A DNA stretch of 64,000 nt from an uncultured Chloroflexia bacterium (GTDB lineage: Bacteria > Chloroflexota > Chloroflexia > QHBQ01 > JAICKM01): NCBI GenBank assembly GCA_963784695.1, contig CAWARZ010000002.1:1115513-1179512 (forward strand), read 5' to 3'. Numbering within the stretch: position 1 is the stretch's first letter; each line of letters begins with the position of its first letter. The notes below the pieces were generated by a model, which worked only from the letters and a program-made list of their open reading frames with translations, had not been told where the DNA came from and searched no databases. Below are positions 1 to 9,484 of this stretch, piece after piece. The position numbers were made by a program, and so were the translations under genes.

Positions 1-565
1 TGACGCAGGGCGTGCCGAGCGCACGGCCGAACGCGGCACCGATCTCGCGGCAGGCGACGCAGTGCGCGACCCAGAAGTCGCGGACGCCGGGGTCGTAGCT
101 GGCGAGCGTGAAGCCGGACTCGGCGCGTGGGTGTGAGAAGAGCGTCGGGTTGAAGTCGAGGCCGTGCCCGTGGGCCTGGGCCCACGCCATCCAGCCCGCG
201 AAATGCTGGGGCTGCAAGCCGTCGCGCTCGACGCGCACCCCGCCGGTCTCGGCGTAGATCGCGTGGAGGCTCAGGCGGTGCGTGCCCGGGATCAGGGCAT
301 AGACGCGGTCGAGGTCGGCGCGGAGCTCATCGGCGGTGCGCGCCTTGCCGGGGTAGTTGCCGGTCGCGGCGAGGCCGCCGCCCAGCGCCGCGTCGGGCGA
401 CTCGAAGCCGCCGACGTCGTCGCCCTGCCAGCAGTGCAGGCTCAGCGCGATGCCCCCGAGCGCAGCCAGCGCCGCGCCGGTGTCGACGCCGAACCCGGCG
501 TAGCGCTCGCGCGCGAGGGCGTAGGCCGCCTCAATCTGCGGGTCCGTCGCGGGCGTGTCGTGCAT
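1..565 (-). CDS. rhaA: L-rhamnose isomerase, N-terminal ~188 codons (gene runs off the left edge)
   Basis: Hand translation of the minus strand from ATG (complement of 563-565): MHDTPATDPQIEAAYALARERYAGFGVDTGAALAALGGIALSLHCWQGDDVGGFESPDAALGGGLAATGNYPGKARTADELRADLDRV... The HCWQGDD and TGNYPGKAR blocks are RhaA hallmarks. Not in the ORF track because it is edge-truncated. Confidence 0.85.
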   Translation of the reverse strand, partial: MHDTPATDPQIEAAYALARERYAGFGVDTGAALAALGGIALSLHCWQGDDVGGFESPDAALGGGLAATGNYPGKARTADELRADLDRVYALIPGTHRLSLHAIYAETGGVRVERDGLQPQHFAGWMAWAQAHGHGLDFNPTLFSHPRAESGFTLASYDPGVRDFWVAHCVACREIGAAFGRALGTPCV

Positions 566-582
566 CGCTGCTCCTCCCGCCG

Positions 583-906
583 TCAGTCCAGATGGAAAAT
601 CTCGCGCAGTTCGAGGAACATCGTATCGGGCCGGGCGTTGTCGGGCGACTCGAAGAACAGCGCCATCGACTCCTGCCAGCGCGTGTTGATCGCCGTCGCC
701 GCCATGCGCGCCTGGGCGGCCTGCAGGCTGTCCGGCGTCTCGAAGTAGCCGAACAGCAGTCCGTCGTCGCGCAGGAAGATGGAATAGTTGTGCCAGCCCG
801 CCTCCCGCAGCGCGGCCAGCATCTCCGGCCAGACGTGCTCGTGCCGGCGGGTGTACTCTGCCAGCCGCTCCGGCTTGACCCTCAGCACGAATCCCACGCG
901 TTTCAC
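583..906 (-). CDS. rhaM: L-rhamnose mutarotase
   Basis: C-terminal 107 codons of track ORF 583..1065. VGFVLRVKPERLAEYTRRHEHVWPEMLAALREAGWHNYSIFLRDDGLLFGYFE matches the RhaM family. GTG at 906 was chosen because the upstream ORF part is non-homologous. Lies 17 nt upstream of the rhaA start, same strand. Confidence 0.85.
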   Translation of the reverse strand: MKRVGFVLRVKPERLAEYTRRHEHVWPEMLAALREAGWHNYSIFLRDDGLLFGYFETPDSLQAAQARMAATAINTRWQESMALFFESPDNARPDTMFLELREIFHLD

Positions 907-1120
907 GGGCGATCCCCTCGGCTGCTTGCCATGGTGGCGGTGGGGGCCCACCGCCAAGTGGATCTGCAATAACGAAGGTGCTTCGAAATCTATACCTTTC
1001 GTTATGGGTATCATAGCACCGTCCGGAGGCCGTGTCAATCCGGCCGGAGCGGAGGGTGCCACCAAGAATCGGGGTAGGGAATTGAAGCCCGCAGGCGCTG
1101 ATGGAAGCGCTGCTGGTCCC

Positions 1121-1280
1121 TCCCCTTGTCATGTTGAACGCAGTGAAACATCTCCGCGCCGGGCGGCTTGCCCTGGGCAGCGGCCCGGCTCCCGGGATGC
1201 TGGTCGGCGCGGCGGCGCCTGCCTCAGGGCAGCATCCCGGAGTCGGAGATCCCTCACTGCGTTCGGGATGACAAGGGAGG
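1121..1280. repeat. MITE-like foldback element, copy A (about 35-nt terminal inverted repeats around a ~90-nt core)
   Basis: 1121-1156 (ctccccttgtcatgttgaacgcagtgaaacatctcc) is the imperfect reverse complement of 1246-1280 (ggagatccctcactgcgttcgggatgacaagggag). The core carries ccgcgccgggcggcttgccctgggc, which is also in the copy at 22364-22520. Confidence 0.75.
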
Positions 1281-1401
1281 TCGGTGCCGGGCGGAAACGC
1301 CTGCCCGAGGCAGCATTGCGGTGTCTCACTGCGGATGCAGGGAGTGGCCGGGCGTCAGCGCGGATCAGCCGCGCGGTGCAGGAACGCCTGGCTCGGGCCG
1401 A

Positions 1402-1448
1402 CATCCCGGAGTCGGAGATCCCTCACTGCGTTCGGGATGACAAGGGAG
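1402..1448 (+). repeat. Additional arm of the same repeat family (47-nt perfect direct repeat of 1234-1280)
   Basis: catcccggagtcggagatccctcactgcgttcgggatgacaagggag occurs identically at 1234-1280 and 1402-1448. A degenerate arm (tctcactgcggatgcagggag) lies between them at about 1324-1344. Confidence 0.8.
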
Positions 1449-1537
1449 CGGCCGGGCGACGGGGGCCACCTCCGGACTTGCGGCATGCGGGGAGCCGGCG
1501 CGCTCCGCTAAACGGCCTCGCCGAGGGCGCCCCGGCG

Positions 1538-2398
1538 TTAGCCGCCGCCGTTCACCTGCACAGCCTGGATGCCGCCGCTGTAGGTGACGGGGGTGCCGGC
1601 GGCGGTGGAACGGAGGTCCATCTGGCCGCTGAGGGAGCCGGGGGTGCCCAGGTCGAACTCCAGCGTGCCGCCCTCGATGGGGCGCGGGGCTTTGGCCGTG
1701 CTATTCGGGCCGGTCGACCAGCCGCCGGGGATGCCGTGCGCGGGGTCGCCGGTGATCGTGAGGTACTTGGTCGTCGGATCGTAGCGCACGCCGACGGCGT
1801 AGACGGCCGATTGGTCGAAGCCCGCGGGCAGCAGCGCGGCACTGGTCGCCAGGACGAGCGCGCCGACGGTGCTGCCGGGGCTGAGGTCGGCGTGCTCGTG
1901 GCCGGCGCGCACGCCGACGGTGATCTCAAGCTCGGCCGAATGGTCGCTGCCCGGCAGGGCAGCCCGCAGCACCAGCGTGCCCGGCGCCTGGTAGACGCGA
2001 TAGCCCTCCTGGCGGGCCGTCAGGATGATCCGGTAGGTGCCCAACGCGGCGGCGGGCACGGGCGGGGGCGGCGGGCGGGGAGTCGGCGTGGCGGTCGGCG
2101 CCACGCGCGCAGTGGCCGTGGCGGCGGCGGCGCCGGCCAGCGCGGTCAGGGTGGCGTGCACGGCCAGCACGGCCGGGTCGGGCGTGGGGGTGCCGGGCAC
2201 GGGCGTGACGGTGGGCGTCGCCGTCGGCGGCAGGGGCGTGGCCGGGGGCGCGGGCACGGTGGCGGTCGGGGGCACGGCGGTGGGCAGCGGCGGCGCTGCC
2301 GGCGGGACGGTCGGTGGCGCGGGCGTGCCGCAGGCGACCAGGGCCAGCATGAGTAACACGACGAGCGGACGAGCGCCTCGGCGACGAGCGGTGGGCAT
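1538..2398 (-). CDS. Secreted lipoprotein with Pro/Thr/Ala-rich linker, unknown function
   Basis: Track ORF 1538..2548 trimmed to the internal ATG at 2398. MPTARRRGARPLVVLLMLALVACGTPAPP is a signal peptide plus lipobox (LVAC). It is followed by a ~100-aa PT-rich linker and a beta-rich C-terminal domain. Confidence 0.7.
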   Translation of the reverse strand: MPTARRRGARPLVVLLMLALVACGTPAPPTVPPAAPPLPTAVPPTATVPAPPATPLPPTATPTVTPVPGTPTPDPAVLAVHATLTALAGAAAATATARVAPTATPTPRPPPPPVPAAALGTYRIILTARQEGYRVYQAPGTLVLRAALPGSDHSAELEITVGVRAGHEHADLSPGSTVGALVLATSAALLPAGFDQSAVYAVGVRYDPTTKYLTITGDPAHGIPGGWSTGPNSTAKAPRPIEGGTLEFDLGTPGSLSGQMDLRSTAAGTPVTYSGGIQAVQVNGGG

Positions 2399-2490
2399 AG
2401 GGGGTAGCGCGACGCAGCGCCACGGATCGAGAATGCGGCCGGGCCCGGAGGCCGCGACCGCATTCCCGGCGGGGTCGCGCGGGCGGCGGG

Positions 2491-3105
2491 CTAGCCGGCG
2501 ACCTGCTGGTAGCGCTTCTCCACCTCGGGCCAGTTCACCACGTTCCACCAGGCGCCGATGTAGTCGGGCCGCTTATTCTGGTACTTCAGATAGTAAGCGT
2601 GCTCCCAGACGTCGAGGCCCATGATCGGCTGCTTGCCGTCCATGATCGGCGAGTCCTGGTTGGGCGTCGAGGTGATGCTGAGGTTGCCGTTTGGATCGGC
2701 GACGAGCCAGGCCCAGCCTGACCCGAAGCGGCCCGCGGCGGCGGCGCTGAACTTCTGCTTGAAGTCGTCGAAGCTGCCGAAGGCCTTGTCGATGGCCTGG
2801 CCGAGCGCGCCGCCCGGCTGGCCGCCACCGTTCGGGCTCATGATGAGCCAGAACATGCTGTGGTTGGCGTGGCCGCCGCCGTTGTTGCGCACCGTCGTGC
2901 GAATATCCTCGGGCACCTGGTCCAGATGGGCAATCAGCTGCTCAACCGGCATGGCGGCCAGCTCAGGGTGCCCCTCAACGGCCTTGTTGAGGTTGTTCAC
3001 GTAGCCGGCATGATGGCGATCGTGGTGGATCTCCATGGTGCGCACGTCGATGTGCGGCTCGAGCGCGTCGAACGAATACGGAAGAGGAGGAAGTTCATAA
3101 GCCAT
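2491..3105 (-). CDS. sodA: Fe/Mn superoxide dismutase
   Basis: Last 204 codons of track ORF 2491..3744, from ATG at 3105. [32 protein letters not shown]...[19 protein letters not shown] carries the canonical Fe/Mn-SOD metal-ligand motifs. Confidence 0.95.
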   Translation of the reverse strand: MAYELPPLPYSFDALEPHIDVRTMEIHHDRHHAGYVNNLNKAVEGHPELAAMPVEQLIAHLDQVPEDIRTTVRNNGGGHANHSMFWLIMSPNGGGQPGGALGQAIDKAFGSFDDFKQKFSAAAAGRFGSGWAWLVADPNGNLSITSTPNQDSPIMDGKQPIMGLDVWEHAYYLKYQNKRPDYIGAWWNVVNWPEVEKRYQQVAG

Positions 3106-3293
3106 AGTCTTGCACCATCCTTTGTACACTGCGAGCCCCGCCATGGGCGGGCCGGGCGTGATGAATGAGAGGAACGGTGCGGCGACGGAAGGCCGCGGCG
3201 CCACTGGCCGCGTGCCACCGGCGCACGCTGCCGGACGGTCCCGCAGGACCGTCAGCGTTACCGCTGCAAGAATCAGGCCCTCGGGCGCGGCGC

Positions 3294-3842
3294 CTACTCG
3301 ACGTCGGCCCAGTAGCGCCCCTGCAAGCCCTGGCGGAGGGCTTTCTTCGCGGCGCGGGTGTGGTCGCGCATGTGCGTGCCCATGACGCGGTAGATGGCCT
3401 CGACCGTCGTCATGCCCAAGGCCGGATGCCAGGCCGGCGTGGCCAGCTGCGCGGGCGTCATCGTCTTCAGCGTGCGCAGGGTGGCGGCGCGGGCCTCGGT
3501 GAGCTCGACCCGCAGGGCCGAGGGCGGCTGCTCGGCGCGCTTCTCGACCTGGCGGCGGTTCCAGAAGTCGAGGTCGAAGGGCCGGCCGTCCTTGCCCGTG
3601 GGCACCAGCGAATCGGCGGGGCGGCCGGACTCGGCGGCGTCGAGCGCCTGCGCGATGAGCCGCGGCATGCTGACTTCCGCGCCCGCAAGGTGAGCCAGCA
3701 TCTGGCGCACGGTCCAGCCCTCTTCGCCCGTGACGAGGTCCCAACCCGGCTCGTTGTCAGCCCCCGGCAGCACGGCCATCAGGTTGGAGAGGGCGGCGTC
3801 GAGGCCCGCCCGCAGCTTGCTTGTCTTATCGATCGTGTCCAT
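3294..3842 (-). CDS. DinB-family (DinB_2/MDMPI_N-like) protein
   Basis: Track ORF 3294..3977 trimmed to ATG 3842 ([10 protein letters not shown]...). [14 protein letters not shown] near the N-terminus and [13 protein letters not shown] near the C-terminus fit the DinB-like His pattern. Overlaps the upstream gene by 17 nt. Confidence 0.6.
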   Translation of the reverse strand: MDTIDKTSKLRAGLDAALSNLMAVLPGADNEPGWDLVTGEEGWTVRQMLAHLAGAEVSMPRLIAQALDAAESGRPADSLVPTGKDGRPFDLDFWNRRQVEKRAEQPPSALRVELTEARAATLRTLKTMTPAQLATPAWHPALGMTTVEAIYRVMGTHMRDHTRAAKKALRQGLQGRYWADVE

Positions 3843-4617
3843 GCGACTCCGTTCCGCCGGCCGCCGAGGCAACCAGGCCGGCCTGCGGCGCGGCCGGGCC
3901 GAACCGCAGGAGATTGGCCGCCCCGTGGCAGGGCGACAGCGTGGCGACGATGACCTGCTTGCCGGTGGCGCCGCCATCCTGCGCCAGGGCCAGCAGCCGG
4001 TCCCGCGTCTCGCGGTAGAAGCCGACCGGGATGGTCTCGATCCCGGTGGTGCGATAGGTGGTGCGGAAGATGGCCGGAGCCAGGTAGCGGTCCGGCCGGG
4101 CGGCGCTGAAGTCGCGCACGGTCTCTTCGAGATCCCAGGTGCGCGGCGCCATGATGGCCGGGCACTGGCGGGGCGCGCGGCAGTTGGGCGGGCAGACCCA
4201 GCCCGCCGCGCTGAAGAAGCGCTCGCCGCTCGCGCTCAGGTGCTCGTAGGGCAAGCCGCCGAAGGACTCGTCGAAGGGCACCGGGGTGACGGTGCCCGCG
4301 GGCAGGCGCGCGGTCAGGCTCCAGAGCAGCCACTCGGCGGCGAGATGGGGGGCGATGGGCGCGGGCACCACCTCGTCGGTGGCCGGGCGCCGGTCGAGCG
4401 CGTCTTGCAGGAAGGCCAACCAATCGGCCTGCACGATCGACAGGTGCGGGTTGGGCGCGGACTCCTGCTCCCGGCGCACGCGGCAGGCCGGGTTGTGGTC
4501 GACGACCAGGATGGCGTCATCGGCGCCGATGCGGCCGCGGGCGCGGCCCTTCTCCAGCTGCCGCACATGATGGCTGCCGTAGCAGCCGCCGCCGATGACG
4601 AGGTAGGTGATCGCCAC
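3826..4617 (-). CDS. Hypothetical protein with N-terminal Rossmann-type GxGxxG and a CPPNCx5CP cysteine motif
   Basis: Last 263 codons of track ORF 3826..5145, starting at GTG 4617, 9 nt after the TPR gene stop. VAITYLVIGGGCYGSHH... and WVCPPNCRAPRQCPAIMAPRTWD. High GC3. No family recognised. Confidence 0.55.
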   Translation of the reverse strand: MAITYLVIGGGCYGSHHVRQLEKGRARGRIGADDAILVVDHNPACRVRREQESAPNPHLSIVQADWLAFLQDALDRRPATDEVVPAPIAPHLAAEWLLWSLTARLPAGTVTPVPFDESFGGLPYEHLSASGERFFSAAGWVCPPNCRAPRQCPAIMAPRTWDLEETVRDFSAARPDRYLAPAIFRTTYRTTGIETIPVGFYRETRDRLLALAQDGGATGKQVIVATLSPCHGAANLLRFGPAAPQAGLVASAAGGTESHGHDR

Positions 4618-4625
4618 GGCCGCGC

Positions 4626-5186
4626 CTACTGCCCCGTCGGCGTCGCGGCGGTGAGGAGGTTCTGCGCCTCCTGCGCCAGGGCCGTATCGGGCGCCAGGGC
4701 GATGACCTTCTGCCACTCGACGCGCGCCCCCGCGTCGTCGGGCGGCGTGTCGCGGCTGAGGGCGAGGCCGAGCAACAGATGGATGTCGGCGCGGTCGGGC
4801 GCCAGATCGGCGGCCTGGCGCAGCGTGGACTCCGCGTCGGCGAACTGCAGCGAGTAGAGCTGGGCCGCGGCCTCGTGCACGAGCACGTCGACGTTGTGCG
4901 GGTCGATCACGAGGGCGCGCTGGTAAAGGCTGATGGCCTCGGTCCAGTTTTGCTGATCGTAGTCGAGGCCCGCCAGCTGCACCAGCGCGTCGAGATTGTT
5001 CGGGTCGGTCGCGAGGGTCTGGCGCAGCGCGGCGGCCTGATCGCCGGGCGCGGGCGTCGGCTGCGGACTGGGCGTGAGCGAGGGCAACGGCGGGGTCGTC
5101 ACGTTGATGCGGAACGTGATGCCGACGAAAAGAAGCAGTCCCCACGCCATCAACAGAATGGTAATGCGCTTGCCCGTGTAGCTCAT
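4626..5186 (-). CDS. Membrane-anchored TPR-repeat protein
   Basis: Track ORF 4626..5345 trimmed to ATG 5186. MSYTGKRITILLMAWGLLLFVGITF is an N-terminal TM helix, followed by TPR-like repeats (WTEAISLYQRALVIDPHNVDVL...). Confidence 0.7.
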   Translation of the reverse strand: MSYTGKRITILLMAWGLLLFVGITFRINVTTPPLPSLTPSPQPTPAPGDQAAALRQTLATDPNNLDALVQLAGLDYDQQNWTEAISLYQRALVIDPHNVDVLVHEAAAQLYSLQFADAESTLRQAADLAPDRADIHLLLGLALSRDTPPDDAGARVEWQKVIALAPDTALAQEAQNLLTAATPTGQ

Positions 5187-5288
5187 GGATCTATTATCCC
5201 TGAAAGGGCGCGGCGGAGCAAGGCGCCGCGCGCAGGCCTCAGAGCGCCCCGGGGCGTGACCGGGCGGCTCCGATACGCGAATTACCGG

Positions 5289-5317
5289 TTGACAAAGGAC
5301 GGTATTGGGTTTATACT
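5289..5317 (+). promoter_or_regulatory. Near-consensus sigma70-type promoter upstream of the HU gene
   Basis: TTGACA (5289-5294), then a 17-nt spacer, then TATACT (5312-5317), about 94 nt upstream of ATG 5411. Confidence 0.55.
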
Positions 5318-5410
5318 GAATGTAGCCGGATATTACCAGTTGCACCCCTGCGCACTTCCTCGAACCGGCCCTGTCTGGGGTAGGCTTACAGATGGAAAGC
5401 GAGGAACCTC

Positions 5411-5782
5411 ATGAAAAAGAGCGCGCTGCTACGGAAGGTCAGTGCGGACACCGGCGTTCCGTACTCGACCGTCAAGAAGGTCATGGATTCGGCATTGGAG
5501 CATATCGCGGACTCACTCGGCAGCGGTGAGCGCGTCGTGCTCAGCGGGTTCGGTACCTTCGCCCTGCGGCCCTATCGAGCCCGGCAGTGGGTGAACCCGC
5601 AGACCGGCCGGCAGATCGACATCCCGGCCGCGCTGCGCCCCGGCTTCATCACCAGCGCGGCGCTCAAGCGGCGCCTGGCCGACAACGAGGCGGGCGGGGA
5701 TGGCGAACCGGCCAACGGCAGCCGGCCGCGGCGCGGGCGAAGCCGCGCGGGACAAGCGATCGCGGGGTCGGCCAGCGAGTAG
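5411..5782 (+). CDS. HU/IHF-family DNA-binding protein with basic C-terminal tail
   Basis: MKKSALLRKVSADTGVPYSTVKKVMDSALEHIADSLGSGERVVLSGFGTFALRPYRARQWVNPQTGRQIDIPA matches the HU/IHF fold, including the beta-arm RNPQTG-like motif. Confidence 0.9.
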   Translation: MKKSALLRKVSADTGVPYSTVKKVMDSALEHIADSLGSGERVVLSGFGTFALRPYRARQWVNPQTGRQIDIPAALRPGFITSAALKRRLADNEAGGDGEPANGSRPRRGRSRAGQAIAGSASE

Positions 5783-5820
5783 GCCAGCCGGGAGGGATGC
5801 CCGGCGCCGACCCGGGATCC

Positions 5821-6402
5821 ATGAACTACTGCATGCGCTGTGGGTCGCCGCTGATCCACGAGCCGGGCCACGCGCCGGGGGACGCGTGCTGGCTCTGCAC
5901 GGGTCCTTCTTGTGGCCAGGTCTACTATCGCAATGCTAAACCGTGTGCCGGCGTGCTCATCGAGCAGGCCGGCTCCGTTTTGTTGGTACGGCGCAACATC
6001 GCGCCGTTTGCGGGCGCCTGGGACATCCCGGGCGGCTACCTGCACGAGTGGGAGCACCCGGCCGACGGCGCCCGGCGCGAGGTGCGCGAAGAGACCGGCC
6101 TCGACGTCGCGCTCACCCGCCTGCTCGGCATCTTCCTCGACCGCTACGGCTCGGGGGATTCCAATACCCTCAACGTCTACTACCGCGGCCGGCCCGTGGG
6201 CGGCCGGCTGGCGCCCGCCGACGACGCGGCCGAGGCGTGCTGGTTCCCCGCGGACGCGCTACCCGTGACCGTCGCCTTCCCTGGCCATATCCCCGAGGTG
6301 CTACGCACCTGGCGCGCGGCCCTCGCCGCCGATCCCACACCCGACCCGGCCGCCGATCCCGCGCTCGCCGTACACGCCAACCCGGAGCTCGGCCCGCGCT
6401 AA
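5821..6402 (+). CDS. NUDIX hydrolase with N-terminal zinc-ribbon
   Basis: Track ORF 5587..6402 trimmed to ATG 5821. MNYCMRCGSPL...CWLCTGPSCG is a zinc ribbon. The Nudix box is GGYLHEWEHPADGARREVREETGL. Confidence 0.85.
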   Translation: MNYCMRCGSPLIHEPGHAPGDACWLCTGPSCGQVYYRNAKPCAGVLIEQAGSVLLVRRNIAPFAGAWDIPGGYLHEWEHPADGARREVREETGLDVALTRLLGIFLDRYGSGDSNTLNVYYRGRPVGGRLAPADDAAEACWFPADALPVTVAFPGHIPEVLRTWRAALAADPTPDPAADPALAVHANPELGPR

Positions 6403-6462
6403 GCCGCGGCGCGCGGCGATGTGGCGCGGGCGCGGACCGGGATCAGGATCGGCGGGGTGGGC

Positions 6463-7023
6463 TTAGAACGCGGGTTTCGCGGGGGGCGGAATGCTGCTGG
6501 GCGCGGGCGGACGGGCGGACGCGGTCGAGGGGAGGCGCCAGGCGCCGGGCTGGGCCGCACGGGCGGCCGCGATGGCGGCGCGGGTCGTCGGGGCGACACA
6601 CCCGGCCGCGCACTGGATCGCGGACACGAGCGGGCCCATCGGCGTGCCTTTCGGCAAGAACATGCTGGCGCCCGCCGCGCGGGCGCGCGCCCGGCTGGCC
6701 GCGTCGCTGTGGATGCTCAACGCGACCACGGCGCCGCAGAGGCGCCGTTCGGTGAGCTCTTGCGTGGCCTCATAGCCGTCGCAGCAGGGCATCTCCAGGT
6801 CGACGAGGACGACGTCGGGGCGCAGATGCGCCGCGAGCTTGACGGCCTCGGCGCCGTCGGCAGCTTCGGCGACGATTTCGAGCGAGGGATCGAGACTGAG
6901 GACAGTGCGCAGGCTCTCGCGCATACAGGGGACGTCGTCGGCAATCAGAACGCGGATCTTAGGGGGCACAGTAATCGAGGAATCCGTCGTAACATCGGTA
7001 ACATCACGATCGCGTGTCTTCAT
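6463..7023 (-). CDS. Single-domain CheY-like response regulator with Ala/Pro-rich tail
   Basis: RVLIADDVPCMRESLRTVL...PDVVLVDLEMPCCDG is a receiver domain with the phospho-acceptor Asp context. No output domain is present. Confidence 0.8.
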   Translation of the reverse strand: MKTRDRDVTDVTTDSSITVPPKIRVLIADDVPCMRESLRTVLSLDPSLEIVAEAADGAEAVKLAAHLRPDVVLVDLEMPCCDGYEATQELTERRLCGAVVALSIHSDAASRARARAAGASMFLPKGTPMGPLVSAIQCAAGCVAPTTRAAIAAARAAQPGAWRLPSTASARPPAPSSIPPPAKPAF

Positions 7024-7367
7024 AGGTAACCCATCTCATTTCCAGAGCCCGCCGGCATAAATGAAACCGACCCGACCGGTAGGCCTGGATCGGCATCCAC
7101 CGGACGGCGCGGGCCTATCCCTAGTCCCAAAGGTCGCTCAGACCATACAACGGCCAAATCCGAAACCGCGACGCCCGCGCCGCGGCCCCTGGACTTGTGA
7201 TAATTGTAGCAAGCGGACCGCCACTTGTGATGTGGCCCGCGTTGTATCTACTATAGCGGAATTTGTACGACGCTTAATCGGTCTTACGACGTATATTCAC
7301 GGGCGACATCCCACCGTGGGGGACCGCCGACCGGGGCGCACCGGCCGCGCCGCGCGCCCCGGGCCGC

Positions 7368-8054
<687 letters not shown>

Positions 8055-8106
8055 CAGGGCATCCTCCTATTTTCTCGGCGCCACCTATCCGCGCGGCGCG
8101 GCAGCC

Positions 8107-9463
8107 TCACGACTGCGCCATGAGCCGGTCCACGATAGCCAGCTCGGTGCGCAGAGCGAAGCGCAAGTTCTCCAACGAGATGCGCTCGTCATGATTATGC
8201 ATCAGATCGCCCGCCGTCGGCACGCCGGGCTCGGCCCGCACCGGCGAGAAGCCGTAGACCTTGACGCCGCGCGGCGTCAGGTCCCGCGCGTCGGTGCCGC
8301 CACTCGACAGAACGGGAGCGATGCTGCTCGCGGGCATGGCCTCCGCCATCACATCGCGGATGATGTCGAACAGCGGGGTCTCGAAGCCCAACTCTTGCCC
8401 GGGCTTGTAATTGGTGAGCTCCACCGTGGCCGCGTCGCCGACCGCGCCCTGTACTTCGGCCATCATCTCGGCCTCGGAGACGCCGGGCACCGGCCGGCCG
8501 TCGACCTCGGCCACCGCTTGCGAGGGGATGACGTTGATCCGCGTGCCCGCGGGGTGCAGGATCGTCGGGCTGGCCGTATTGTGCGTCACCGCATAGAGGA
8601 AGCGGCGCATCGACTCGTCGACCGGCAGGGCGTTTAAGCGCGTCGAGGTGGCGGTCCGGGTCGAACAGCGGGGCGGGGTCGAAACCCCGTGCCTCGGGCG
8701 GCCCGGCCAGCGCCGTCAGGAAGGCGCGCATCGTGCCGGTCAGGTGGAGCGGCAGGCGCGCGCGGCCCAGGCGGTCGAGCGCGCGGCCCAGCTTGACGAT
8801 GCAGTTGTCGTCATGCGGCAGCGAGGCGTGACCGGGGCGGCCGTTGGCCACCAGGCGAAAGCGGAAGGCGCCCTTCTCGCCGGTCTGCACGCCGAACACG
8901 GAGCGGCCACCGGCCACGATCTCCTCGCCCGCGCCCTCGCTGAGGGCGTACTCGGCGTCGACCCAGGCGAAGTGGTTCGCGGCCACCCAGCCCATGCCGT
9001 GGGTCGAGCCCGCCTCCTCGTCGGCGGTGAAGGCAAGCAGCAGGTCGCGCGGCAGGGTACGGCCCGCGCGCTTGAGCGCGCGCGCCACGGTCAGGTGCAC
9101 GGCGACCAGGTTCTTCATGTCGACCGCGCCGCGGCCCCACAGGAACCCATCGGCGATCTCGCCGCCAAAGGGCGGATGCTGCCAGTGCACCGCCTCGGCG
9201 GGCACCACGTCGGTGTGCCCCATGAGCAACAGCGGGCGCGCCTGGCCGCTACCGGCCCAACGCGCCACCAGGTTGGCGCGGCCCGGCACGGCCTCCAACA
9301 GCTGCGACTCGATGCCGACCTCGGCCAGTTGGTCGCGCAGGTAGGTGGCGACCAGGGTCTCGTTCCCGGGCGGGTTCACGGTCTCCAGGCGGATCAGCGC
9401 CTGCAAATGGCGGACGACCTCGGCCTCGGCGGCCGCGACGTCGATCCCCGATGCGACAGTCAC
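8107..9463 (-). CDS. M20-family metallopeptidase (ArgE/DapE/CPG2-like), frameshifted as sequenced
   Basis: The N-terminal ~275 aa are in track ORF 8195..9463 (LLMGHTDVVP, AFTADEEAGS, GRPGHAS). The C-terminal part is in ORF 8107..8610 (NTASPTILHPAGTRINVIPS...SSGGTDAR). The frames switch near 8630-8645 (HLDAL / LNALPVDESMRRF). The span is 1357 nt = 3n+1. Confidence 0.85.
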
Positions 9464-9484
9464 GTTCAGGACTCTCCTCTCCGG

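Noticed and set aside
1234-1448. Possible CRISPR array suggested by the perfect 47-nt direct repeat
   Set aside because: There are only two perfect copies, plus inverted and degenerate partners. The spacing and inverted arrangement fit a foldback/MITE-like element. No cas genes are in the window.
788-2356. Long track ORFs such as 788..2356(+), 20044..21318(-), 34602..36347(-), 42683..44290(-), 55310..58114(-) and 49595..50395(-)
   Set aside because: They run antisense to, or out of frame with, genes that carry clear family motifs. Their products are Arg/Gly/Ala/Pro-rich low-complexity strings. Open frames of this length are expected by chance at about 70% GC.
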